DNA of 63,531 nucleotides, counting the filler, from Octopus bimaculoides (taxonomy: Eukaryota): the NCBI RefSeq assembly GCF_001194135.2. It is 4 parts of 4 records of this genome, joined end to end, with 100 filler letters (N's around TTAATTAATTAA, not from the genome) between each part and the next. Parts side by side here need not be neighbours in the genome. Positions count along the whole stretch, not along the records: positions 1 to 28,674 come from NC_068989.1; positions 28,775 to 51,864 come from NC_068981.1; 2 more parts are not named here. One strand, written 5' to 3'. The notes under the pieces were generated by a model. The model did not search any database, was not told where the DNA came from, and saw only the letters and a program-made list of their open reading frames with translations. Positions 25,555-46,970 of the stretch are shown here, one piece after another. The position numbers and the translations under genes were made by a program. How positions within the stretch are numbered: position 1 is the stretch's first letter; the number at the start of each line of letters is the position of its first letter.

Positions 25555-25768
25555 TCTTTTCTACTATAGGTACAAGGCCCGAAATTTTGGAGGAAGGGGC
25601 CAGTCGATTAGATCGACCCAAGTGCGTAACTTGTACTTAATTTATCGACTCCGAAAGGATGAAAGGTAAAGTCGACCTTGGCGGAATTTGAACTCAGAAC
25701 GTAAAATCAAACGAAATACCGCTAAGCATTTCGCCAGGCGTGCTAACGTGTCTGCCAGCTCGCCGCCA
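25555..25768 (-). mobile_element. SINE family B monomer
   Basis: Complete head-core-tail on the reverse strand. Confidence 0.85.
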
Positions 25769-27092
25769 CAAACACTTAATTTATTCTTTTCTACCCTAGG
25801 CACAAGGTCCTTCCCTAGAACATCTTATTGCGACGTCTGATTTAAAAGAAAGAGAAACACCATCACTCGTTGCGTGCAGAGTTTTAGATTTCGTCAGGCA
25901 ATGACAAAACTCTTCTTAATATTCTAATATTCCAATAAACGGTAAGAGAATCCCTCACTTTTTGTAGAGGTTGTCATAGCAGTTACAACAATAATGGCTA
26001 TATTGTTGCTGCTACTGATGTTGTTGGTTGTATTTTTATTCCAACTGTAGCCATCTCGTCTTTTTTGTGTCTATCACGAACTATAGTCTCCAACAATGCT
26101 CCGCCACCTTTTTGCACTTGCAGCACGCTCATATTCTTTTCAAAATTCGGCAGTACTCCTGAACTATAACTAAAAGTATAACGAAAAAAATTATATTCAG
26201 GTTACACTGCGGCACACCTAACATCGTCTCATGGCTCTCTAGTGAACCGCGACACACCGGTTGCAGAGCACTGTTCTACACCGTCACCTTCTATATTTTT
26301 AACATCAGGGTATGATTTGTGACAGATTGTAGAGCAGATTTAGTTGTTATTTCTAGCACCTAGAACGACTCGTCCAATAATCGTTGGTTTTGTTTCGCCC
26401 CAGGTTAGCTCTTGTTAAATGGACCTATGATCTATGATATTCCAACCATGAACATCTCATCTATATTTTTAGGCATTGTATAACATAGTCTAATGTAGCC
26501 AATGTCACCCGTTTTAAAACAGCTGGGTGTGGTTTGGGAGAGAATGGTTGATTTTTAGCAGGTCAAACGATAGCGAAAACCTTCCCTCATTGGCTGGAGC
26601 AAAACAGAAAGGAAGAGAGAAGAGAATAAACGAGTGAGGAAAAGATACATACAGATAGAACGAGAGAGACAGGCAGAGACAGAGATAGACAGACACAATG
26701 AGAAAGGGACAAAGAGATAACTTCCGGTTTATGAAGAAGCTATCTTATCAAGAAAACGAAGACGAACTAAACTACACAACAGACAAGACAAAAGTCTGAA
26801 ACAAATTAAGAAACGTCTGTTTAGCGATGTCAAAAGAACTGAGTTAATATGGTCGCTATTACTGACATAAATTTATAGCGTTTTATTTTAGGTTTGTTTT
26901 GATTGTTACGTGTTTTGTTAATTTATTATTTTTCTCTTGCTACAATTGTCTGTTAATGCCTAAATATTAACAGACAATATCGATATTAGTGCGGCGGGCT
27001 GAGGGTGCAGAGTTTAAGTGATTGTCAGAAAGGGTTACAGGTCAGACACTGATAGACATACAAATTGATGATATATATATGTATATATATAT

Positions 27093-27143
<51 letters not shown>

Positions 27144-28219
27144 CATATTGATACATATAAATTTATATGTAGACATAAGCATATATCCATATGTATGTTT
27201 GTATAAAGAAATNNNNNNNNNNNNNNNNNNNNNNNNNNNNNNNNNNNNNNNNNNNNNNNNNNNNNNNNNNNNNNNNNNNNNNNNNNNNNNNNNNNNNNNN
27301 NNNNNNNNNNNNNNNNNNNNNNNNNNNNNNNNNNNNNNNNNNNNNNNNNNNNNNNNNNNNNNNNNNNNNNNNNNNNNNNNNNNNNNNNNNNNNNNNNNNN
27401 NNNNNNNNNNNNNNNNNNNNNNNNNNNNNNNNNNNNNNNNNNNNNNNNNNNNNNNNNNNNNNNNNNNNNNNNNNNNNNNNNNNNNNNNNNNNNNNNNNNN
27501 NNNNNNNNNNNNNNNNNNNNNNNNNNNNNNNNNNNNNNNNNNNNNNNNNNNNNNNNNNNNNNNNNNNNNNNNNNNNNNNNNNNNNNNNNNNNNNNNNNNN
27601 NNNNNNNNNNNNNNNNNNNNNNNNNNNNNNNNNNNNNNNNNNNNNNNNNNNNNNNNNNNNNNNNNNNNNNNNNNNNNNNNNNNNNNNNNNNNNNNNNNNN
27701 NNNNNNNNNNNNNNNNNNNNNNNNNNNNNNNNNNNNNNNNNNNNNNNNNNNNNNNNNNNNNNNNNNNNNNNNNNNNNATATATATATATATATATACTTA
27801 TACATATAAGTATATATATATATGTGTGTACGTGTGTGCGTGTACCTATATTTATATATATATAAAACAACAAAAAATAATTTACATTATTTACATTATT
27901 TTATGTATCAGATTCGCCATTTTGCTTTTGCGGTTGTTATTGTTATAAGAAGGAGTGTCCTTCCTATTGTTCGTTAACGATACTGTTGTTGTCCCCATTG
28001 TTTATTTATATGCGTACACACACGGCCGTGCGCGCCCGCGCGTCGTTATCTGGATGTCTTGGTGCGTGTATGGGCATGCGTTCCAGTACTTACGTAAATG
28101 CTAGAAACTGTTGGGTGGGCTGAGGGCGTTGTTGATGTGGCAAGAGAATAAAAATGGAGGCTTTAACTTAATATGGTAATATTTGTTGATTCTTGTCTGT
28201 ATTTGATGTACATCACTGT

Positions 28220-28245
28220 TTTGTTGTTGCTGCTGCTGCTGCTGC

Positions 28246-28276
<31 letters not shown>

Positions 28277-28277
28277 C
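28220..28277. repeat. (TGT/TGC)n microsatellite
   Basis: Directly visible. Confidence 0.9.
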
Positions 28278-28549
28278 GTATCGTCTTTCATGATGTTTAC
28301 TAGTGATAGATAGTGTTATGAGTGCGTATAAATAAATACATGCGTATTTGTGTATGTATGTATGTATGTAGGTATGTAGTACATATACATACGTGTGTGT
28401 GTGGGGGGGCATTCAGGTATGCATTTATGTATGTATGTATCCAAATATGTATACATTTATATATATATATATACATACATATATATTGTATTTTGGGGAT
28501 GGTCATGTTGCCAGTTTAGACAATAAATACATACATACATATATATGTG

Positions 28550-28582
<33 letters not shown>

Positions 28583-28633
28583 ATGTATGTGTGTGTGCAA
28601 GTATGTATGTGTGTGCGTATGTATGTATGCATG

Positions 28634-28674
<41 letters not shown>

Positions 28675-28774
28675 NNNNNNNNNNNNNNNNNNNNNNNNNN
28701 NNNNNNNNNNNNNNNNNNTTAATTAATTAANNNNNNNNNNNNNNNNNNNNNNNNNNNNNNNNNNNNNNNNNNNN
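28675..28774. other. Assembly join spacer N44-TTAATTAATTAA-N44
   Basis: Exactly 100 bp, identical to 51865-51964 and 60836-60935; the 12-mer has stops in all six frames. Confidence 0.95.
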
Positions 28775-28843
28775 ATATTATTGATATAAAAGATGGTGTA
28801 AAGCTCTCCTCAGCCGCAAACATTGTTTGTCCAAAGATTACAT

Positions 28844-29970
28844 CACAAAAGAAAAAGTACACTTAGTATTATCCATTATAATAGGTTTATCACATCCCTT
28901 TGAAAAGGTATATTTGTATAAAGGTTCATTGGATTTCAAAAATCTGCCCATACTGTATCACTATTCAGCATAGAGTGAATGTTAAATAGATTGGATTGAG
29001 TTTATATTTAACTAGCGTGTATAAGATAGAAAGCAAAGATAAAAGGAAAAAAATAAAAGTAATAGAAGTAAAAGCAAGAGTAATAAAAGTAAAAATAAGA
29101 ATAATAAAGTTAGATACATATGTAAATAAGATTGAGCAAAATTGGAATAAAGTAACAAAGGAAATAAAAACATAAAGATAAAATACTATAGAGTTGAGAA
29201 CAGGATGTTGGCTTGGATGAGATGGTAGTGGTCATATATAATTTGTTAACTCGTTGAAATATAGATTAAGGTTGTAATTTGATGTCATTGTGATGAATGG
29301 TCAGTTTACCCAAACACACCACTATGAATTTCTAGCTTTATAAACTTATCTATTACATGGGTACATACACTTACTTAGAAGTCATAGTATGTGTATATGT
29401 GCGTATACACACGCACTCTTACAGATACCTCCGCTAACATGCTCGAGCGTATACACGTACGCCTGGTTATGCATAGCTCTAACTACATGAAATACACATA
29501 CATCTCCACACATATCCCCATGCATGGGGATATATCTATATCAGTACTTGTGCTTAAGGATATGTGGATATGTAAGTGTATGTATATGGTTACTAGGGTG
29601 TAACTGTAATATATCTCTTATTCTACTTTATGTCTTTATTTCTTTTGTTACTTTATTCATATTTTGCTCAATCTTATTTACATATGTATCTAACTTTATT
29701 ATCCTTATTTTTACTTTTATTACTCCTGCTTTTACTTCTATTACTTTTATTTTTTACTTTATTTTTACCTTTTATCTTAGCTTTCTATCTTATACACGCT
29801 AGTTAAATATAAACTCAATCCAATCTATTTAACATTCACTCTATGTTGAATAGTGATACAGTATAGGCAGATTTTTTAAATCCACCGAACCTTTATACAA
29901 ATATACCTTTTTAAAGGGATGTGATAAACCTATTATAATGGATAATACTGAGTGCACTTTTTCTTTTGTG
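28844..29970. repeat. Long inverted repeat (~340-bp arms: 28844-~29180 and ~29625-29970)
   Basis: cacaaaagaaaaagtacacttagtattatccattataataggtttatcacatccc... is mirrored by ...gggatgtgataaacctattataatggataatactgagtgcactttttcttttgtg. Confidence 0.9.
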
Positions 29971-31214
29971 AACAAGTCGCGGTCTCAAAGCGATGAAAAT
30001 ATCTTGACAAATTAAATTTAAATGTTGAAGTGAATCTAACGGTTTTGTGTGTTTTTAAATGGCTTACAAACACCTTCCACGCTGCAATTGTTTTTTGTCT
30101 CAGCACACGATCTCAGATCAGGTCACTTGCTATGAAAGNNNNNNNNNNNNNNNNNNNNNNNNNNNNNNNNNNNNNNNNNNNNNNNNNNNNNNNNNNNNNN
30201 NNNNNNNNNNNNNNNNNNNNNNNNNNNNNNNNNNNNNNNNNNNNNNNNNNNNNNNNNNNNNNNNNNNNNNNNNNNNNNNNNNNNNNNNNNATCGTGAAGT
30301 ATATTTGCCGGATCTTGGCTAACACTGTACCCGATCAGTATTTGCGAAGGGAAATCATCGTTCCCATCTCTAGCCTTACGTGATACACGCGGACTTGGGT
30401 TTCTGAGTAGCAACCTGTCATCAGCGTGTGAAAATCACCAGCTAGAATGAGAAGTGATTCCGAACGCAAAATACTATATGCTTTTTCCAGTGACAAACCG
30501 TCGCTGATCTCGAAATATATATGTATAGAGAAAAAAAGAACAAAAAAAACCTTGTTTATTTAGAAGACTAGTCGGTTTGGGGAGTTAGTTAACTAACTAG
30601 GGGAAACAACTCTGCAAAGGGTATTTACAATGACTTATCTCCCCCTGAACTAAAATACTTCCAACTGCAAATGCTACAGTAGGTGTTGATTGTGCCTTAA
30701 CAACTAGTTTAGTTGTTGACGTTGACGACGACTACTACTACTACTACTACTACTTACTATGGTTTTAAACTAAGCTTTATTTTTTTTATTTATATAGAGT
30801 TACACTACAGTAACTGTTATGTCAATATTTTCTAGCCTTCTAAAAACATGTAAATGACAGTTGCAAGCAACTCTTATGCTAGTTTCTTTCAGTCCTTTAC
30901 GTTTTGACTTCAAATGTCCCTCTCAAGCCTCCCCGCCATATTTTAACTTTGTCTTTTGTAATTGCACGATTGAGAATTTTAAAATGGTCAGTTTACCCAA
31001 ACACACCACTAAAAATCCCTAGCTTTATGAACTTATCTATTACATGGGTACATACACTTACTTAGACATGTTTCACGCAGAAGACTGGAAATAAAACATC
31101 ATCACTTTTATGATGATGATGATGCTCACAAACAACCATTGCATTACATCTAGACAAGGTAACACACAAACACACATATATGTTATGGGCTTCTTTCAGT
31201 TTTTGTTTACTAAA

Positions 31215-31506
31215 TAGGTGCAGGAGTGGCTGTGTGGTAAGTAGCTTGCTTCCCAACCACATGGTTCCGGGTTCAGTCCCACTGCGTGGCACCTTGGGCA
31301 AGTGTCTTCTACTATAGCCTTGGGCCGACCAGAGCCTTGTGAGTGGATTTGGTAGACGGAAACTGAAAGAAACCTGTCGTATATATGTATATATATATAT
31401 ATATATCTATATATATATATGTATGTGTGTGTTTGTGTGTCTGTGTTTGTCCTCCTAACATCGCTTGACAACCGCTGCTGGTGTGTTTACGTCCCCGTAA
31501 CTTAGC
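31215..31506 (+). mobile_element. tRNA-derived SINE, family C, with internal (TA)n(TG)n
   Basis: gtggctgtgtggtaagtagcttgct...gggttcagtccc head; runs into a gap. Confidence 0.85.
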
Positions 31507-32512
31507 NNNNNNNNNNNNNNNNNNNNNNNNNNNNNNNNNNNNNNNNNNNNNNNNNNNNNNNNNNNNNNNNNNNNNNNNNNNNNNNNNNNNNNNNNNNNNN
31601 NNNNNNNNNNNNNNNNNNNNNNNNNNNNNNNNNNNNNNNNNNNNNNNNNNNNNNNNNNNNNNNNNNNNNNNNNNNNNNNNNNNNNNNNNNNNNNNNNNNN
31701 NNNNNNNNNNNNNNNNNNNNNNNNNNNNNNNNNNNNNNNNNNNNNNNNNNNNNNNNNNNNNNNNNNNNNNNNNNNNNNNNNNNNNNNNNNNNNNNNNNNN
31801 NNNNNNNNNNNNNNNNNNNNNNNNNNNNNNNNNNNNNNNNNNNNNNNNNNNNNNNNNNNNNNNNNNNNNNNNNNNNNNNNNNNNNNNNNNNNNNNNNNNN
31901 NNNNNNNNNNNNNNNNNNNNNNNNNNNNNNNNNNNNNNNNGGGTAAAATATTTAATATTAATTCAATGCTGAATTGTTATTGTTAAATAGAAAACAAATT
32001 TCTGTATTCAAGATTGTTCATATAAGAAAATAATTAACTGTCAATCCATCTTGATTATGAGGTACTCTGACTCACTACTTCATCTTCCTTGACCGTGAAC
32101 ATCAACAGACCAAAATACACACACACACACAGGATAGATCGCTGACCACTACATTTATATATTTTTTCTCTCCTTGTTTCTTTCTGTGTTCCTTTCAGTT
32201 GAAGAGCGTAGGCTCGAAACGTCAAAGACTTTCCCTATTCCCAAGCGTTATACTAATACATCCATTTGTTGTTTACACCACCTGTCTTCGTCTGTTGTTT
32301 TTTTCGTAAATTCTCCCATATATATATGCATATATATATATGTATCAACAAACCTTAATACAAATATATGTATACATATGAATATATATATACATATGAA
32401 TATATACATATATGTATGTGTGTAAAAACTTACTATGAATACATATGCATGCATGCACACATGCATACATACATACATATATACATAACAAGTCTGACAG
32501 CTGTTTCTGGAG

Positions 32513-32719
32513 GCTTGGAATTACATCATAATGTTAACAAGTGTAGTTTGTAAAAGTCAAAGATATGCAACCTGTAGTTGAAGCATATAAACATTAGATA
32601 AATCTGGCCTCCATCTTCTGGATGGAGAGATAGATGTCTAGAGCTGATACCTGCAACTGGTTGCATATTTTTGACTTTTTGCAAGCTACATCTGCCAACA
32701 TTATGATGTAATTCTGAGC
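32513..32719. mobile_element. 207-bp MITE with ~60-bp TIRs
   Basis: gcttggaattacatcataatgttaac...gatatgcaacc vs ggttgcatat...aacattatgatgtaattctgagc. Confidence 0.75.
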
Positions 32720-32726
32720 CCCAGAT

Positions 32727-32758
<32 letters not shown>

Positions 32759-32788
32759 GTATATATATATATATATATATATACACGT

Positions 32789-32876
<88 letters not shown>

Positions 32877-33198
32877 GGACGCTTTGACTGAGGACTGGCA
32901 AGCCAGAAGGCTGCAACAGGCACCAATCTGATCTCTCAGAGTGGTTGGCATTAGGAAGGGCATCCAGTTGTAGAAACCTTGCCAGATCAGATTGAAGCCT
33001 AGTGGAGCCTCCCAGCTCACCAGTCCTCAGTCAAACCGTCCAACCTATGGCAGCATGGAAAGCAGACATTAAACGATGACGATGATGATGATGATAATGA
33101 TGATGATGATGATAATGATGATGATGATGATGTATTTTTTTTCTTTTTCAAGATAAGTTTTAGAAACAATAAGCAAATAAAGACAAAAAAATACTTAC

Positions 33199-43845
<10,647 letters not shown>

Positions 43846-44684
43846 CGCGTCGCTATGCAGCAGTTCTAAACACACCTTGGTTATTAAAGAGTGACTAAGG
43901 GGGAGATTATTTCGTGCAAGTTTAACCGAACTTAGTTCTCTGAATGTGATTGATCGATGTTCTGCTGAGAATAACGTTATTGTTTTGGTGTTAACCTTAA
44001 CTATGGAACGAAATCTATTTCATAAACTAAATCTTCAACACAAAGGAATAATGCTATGAAAATCTGTAAATTTTTCCATTTAACAGAAATAAAGTAACAG
44101 TTTAACCTGGAATTACCACGGGTCCCGTGAACGAGTAGCCAGAATTTCTTCGGCTTTTTTCTTTTCCAGTTCGAATCCCATCGAGGTCAACTTCATCTTT
44201 CATCCGATCGGGATCGATACAATAAAGTACCAGTCAAAAACTGAAGTCGATGTAATCGACTAACATCACCCCCACAAAACAAATAAAATTGGCTGTAGAA
44301 AACGTTATCATGGGAGCTTTGATATATTCAATGTTCAACTGCCGTGAGGAGTAAAGAATTCAGTGGTACAGTATGAGGAATGCGGTTTGTACGGATCGCA
44401 CAGGACAGCCACTTTATATACCTGTGTTTGCTGTTGTCGAAGGTATGTTAGAGAAGGGGTGACAAATTTGGTTACTCTAGGCCACGAAAATCTAACGTTT
44501 TGGAGCTTTGCCCTTTGAGAGAGTGAGAGAGCAGGTGGAGCACTCTTTCTTAGTAACCCTGCATAACACCTGCAACGAATAACTTTTCTCTTTTATGTTA
44601 ACACAGTGAAATATAATATAATATAAGATGAAGTGGGGGGGGATACATCTGGAAAAAAAAAGACATACCTGAAATATTGTCTTC

Positions 44685-44890
44685 AAATTTGGGCACAAGG
44701 TCAGAAATTTCGGGAGAGAAGTTGAGTCGATTACATTGACCTCAGTACTCAACTGGTACTTATTTTATCGACCCCTAAAGGATTAAAGGCAAAATTACCC
44801 TCGGCCGGATTTGGACTCAGAACGTAAGGACGGACGAAATGGCACTAAGCATTTTATCTGACGTGTTAAAGATTCTGTCAGCTCGCTGCC
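44685..44890 (-). mobile_element. SINE family B monomer
   Basis: Head-core-tail on the reverse strand. Confidence 0.8.
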
Positions 44891-44929
44891 TTGCATACCT
44901 GAAATATTGCAATTAAGCGTCACTCACGA

Positions 44930-45350
44930 GCGAGTATGGTTTGGTACTATGCTTTCACAAATTGTTTCTAAGTGCTTATGCAATCGTGAGCAGACACAGG
45001 CATTTTCTCAGCCCTCTTGTCTTTGACTAGCAGAACATCCAGGTGGATGTAACATTGCCCCGACCAGACATGGTTTTCTGACCAGTTGCATAAAAACGAG
45101 AATCATGACTGAACTTACAATGGTCTGGGAGTACAGAATTAACATTTTCACCAACTGAAGAAAGCCAAATACCAGGGTTTATTTGATGATGCTCTTATAA
45201 AAAGATGGCACAGATTTCCCATTGAAGCTGTTGCAATTATCCCAGCAAAGCCAGTATGTTTTTTCCTGAAGAATATATTTACAGGAATGCTACTAAGGAA
45301 AGTAGTCGTAGAAGCTGAAGCCAGTTCAAGATAGTTGTGGTCGGCAAGAG
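44930..45350 (+). mobile_element. Restriction-like-endonuclease non-LTR retrotransposon 3' fragment (HERO/NeSL-like)
   Basis: TLPRPDMVF..IMTELTMVWEYRI...KKAKYQGL...RFPIEAV...EAEASSR*LW matches the RPD.V / ELT.PWE / K.AKY / PIEVG / AE.ASRWLW order. Confidence 0.7.
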
Positions 45351-45489
45351 ACTGCAGATGGAAGCCTTCAGTCTTCGCTACCCAACTCAGACGAAGTGCA
45401 CAGGTTAACGGTGAAAATCTAGTGGCGCTGAGATAGCTGCTGAAGTGTTTCCATCATAGGGAAAAGAGCTTGTACAATATCTTTAAGTA

Positions 45490-45905
45490 GCTCGGAAAGA
45501 CTTACTTTTGTAGCCACACCACATATAAAATTTTTTTCAAATATTACACATGGTGGACAATTGATTTCTTACCGTGTCTTTTAATAATAACGATGAAAAA
45601 GTCCATAAAGATTAAGACTTTCTAGTAATAAAAAAAAACTTCATTTCTGTATTATGTATATTCACGTCCCAATTTGCCTAACATTAAGACCCAAATTGCT
45701 TCACTATATGAAATTTGCCAAACCTTGGGAATGAATATACACAATACAGAAATGAAGTCTTTTTAAACAGAAATTCTTAATTTTTATGACTTTCTCATCA
45801 TTATTATTATAAGACATGGTGGGAAATCAATTTTCCACCAAATTTAATAATTTTTAAAAATATTTTATGGGGTGGGGTGGGGTACAAAAGGAAGTCTTTC
45901 CAGTA
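45490..45905. mobile_element. Fold-back MITE (~180-bp imperfect TIRs, ~55-bp spacer)
   Basis: ctcggaaagacttacttttgtagcc...ttcatttctgtattatgtatattca vs tgaatatacacaatacagaaatgaag...tacaaaaggaagtctttccagtag. Confidence 0.8.
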
Positions 45906-46023
45906 GCTCTTGCTGTTTCTGCGAGTGACATAGCATCTCTAATATTTATTTCACCTAATATTTATTTCCCCAAAAATTTCGGGCCTTATGCCTAAAGTAG
46001 AAAAGAATATTCATTTCACCTAA

Positions 46024-46282
46024 GGCGGCGAGCTGGCAGAAACGTTAGCAGTATTTCGTCGGCCGTTACGTTCTGAGTTCAAATTCCGCCGAGGTCGACT
46101 TTGCATTTCATCCTTTCGGGGTCGATTAAATAAGTACCAGTTACGCATTGGAGTCGATTTAATCCGTTTGTCTGTCCCCCCTCTGTGTGTAGCCCCTTGT
46201 AGGCAGTAAAGAAACGTTAGCACGTTGGGCGAAATACTTAGCGGCATTTCGTTCGTCTTGACATTCGGAGTTCAAATTCCGC
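46024..46282 (+). mobile_element. SINE family B dimer (truncated), linker ~46157-46210
   Basis: ...ttaatccgtttgtctgtccccctctgtgtgtagccccttgtaggcagtaaag|aaacgttagcacg... Confidence 0.8.
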
Positions 46283-46838
46283 TGGTATGGAGCTATGGGT
46301 ACGATGTACTTACACAAACGTACTCCACCACCGATTTTGTTTCCTTATAACTTTATAAAGCCTGGAATTTTTTAATAAAATTTTCTAAAAATATTTTTCA
46401 GATGGAGAAGATTACCATTACATAGGAATTTAAGGCGAAAGTAAAGAATACGCACACCCGGTGTTTAGGGTTAGGATTAAGATTAGGGTTTAGGGTTAGT
46501 TTTAAGGGTGGTGTGCATATTCTTTACTATTAGTGGCACACACGTATACTTACAGACACACATTACGTATATACATCTACAAAATGAAACTTAACACCGA
46601 GTTTGTTTTTCACATTAAATTCCCATAAAACCATAATCCATCTTAAAATCATTTGTGGAAAAGTTCATGAAAAAATACCCATTTTTCTGTAAGTTATGGG
46701 GAAATGAAATCGGTTGGGCACAATTGTGTAGGCATGCCCATAGGCATTACCTTCTCTTCTGACTAAAAGATCGAAAAAAAATCTTCAAGGAAGCAGATCC
46801 GAGTTATTTACCTTAGATGTAACTGATTGTTGATAAAT

Positions 46839-46970
46839 ATGTCGGACAGCAGCGACCACGAGGAGAATGAGACAAGTAAAACCATAATTAAATTGGCTCA
46901 TTCGAAGCGAAATGTGAATAAAAGACGTCTCATAGTTGTATTAGAAAATTCGTCATTGGAAATAGTAAAG
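46839..46970 (+). CDS. EMG1: EMG1 coding exon 1 (132 nt)
   Basis: ATG at 46839; donor GTAAAG|gtaagt. Confidence 0.92.

Noticed and set aside
28101-28412. Poly-Q ORF
   Set aside because: A (CAA/CAG)n microsatellite joined to (CATA)n-derived sequence, with no splice or homology support.
30291-30520. LILAGDFH motif after a pyrimidine tract on the minus strand (possible DPCD exon 6 or APE remnant)
   Set aside because: No DPCD C-terminal similarity; a single APE-like motif is insufficient.
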